From Podarcis liolepis (Eukaryota): a DNA stretch of 64,000 nt. Positions 63,951 through 64,000 of the stretch are shown in pieces. The first letter of the stretch is position 1. Every line of letters starts with the position of its first letter. The stretch lies in NCBI GenBank assembly GCA_965112155.1, contig OZ218106.1. One strand, given 5' to 3'. The notes under the pieces were generated by a model, which had not been told where the DNA came from, did no database searches, and was given only the letters and a program-made list of their open reading frames with translations. Made by a program: the position numbers and the translations under genes.

Positions 63951-64000
63951 TCTGGAACTCTTCCAGACCCACAAAAACTATGCTAACAGGAGAAGGAGTT

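Larger units (their letters stand above)
60188..64000 (-). mobile_element. Ty1/copia LTR retrotransposon, RT-deleted; 5' LTR and PBS lie beyond the window end
   Basis: Copia domain order Gag-PR-IN-RT-RH, followed by a PPT and 3' LTR. Confidence 0.95.

Overview
Vertebrate genomic DNA, almost certainly a squamate and probably a lacertid lizard, judged from Sauria SINEs of the Podarcis type plus Bov-B, CR1, L2 and Squam3-like SINEs. I can support no host protein-coding exon or host RNA gene, so the window looks like a gene desert or very large intron densely filled with transposable elements. Real coding sequence is all TE-derived. (i) A stop-free RTE-X-like LINE reverse-transcriptase frame at 1-1070 (-) runs off the window edge and is absent from the ORF track. 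(ii) A CR1 ORF2 C-terminus lies at 25375-25708 (-). (iii) A Ty1/copia element at 60188-64000 (-) has open Gag-protease-integrase but a deleted RT catalytic core and an in-frame stop in RNase H. The most notable non-coding signal is a set of three Penelope-like pseudo-LTR insertions from two families, related to minimal hammerhead ribozymes. Two retain a complete catalytic core (29151-29195 and 52131-52170, both -). Two copies of one family invert at the hammerhead stem II hairpin, one forming a perfect spacer-less 148-bp palindrome. A perfect 92-bp inverted duplication of flanking DNA lies beside the copy from the other family. Also present are many hAT, Tigger and Harbinger-type MITEs (several nested, with readable TSDs), solo LTRs, a 1.14-kb L1-type non-autonomous retroposon, microsatellites and a 135-N assembly gap. 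Family names come from motif recognition, not database searches.
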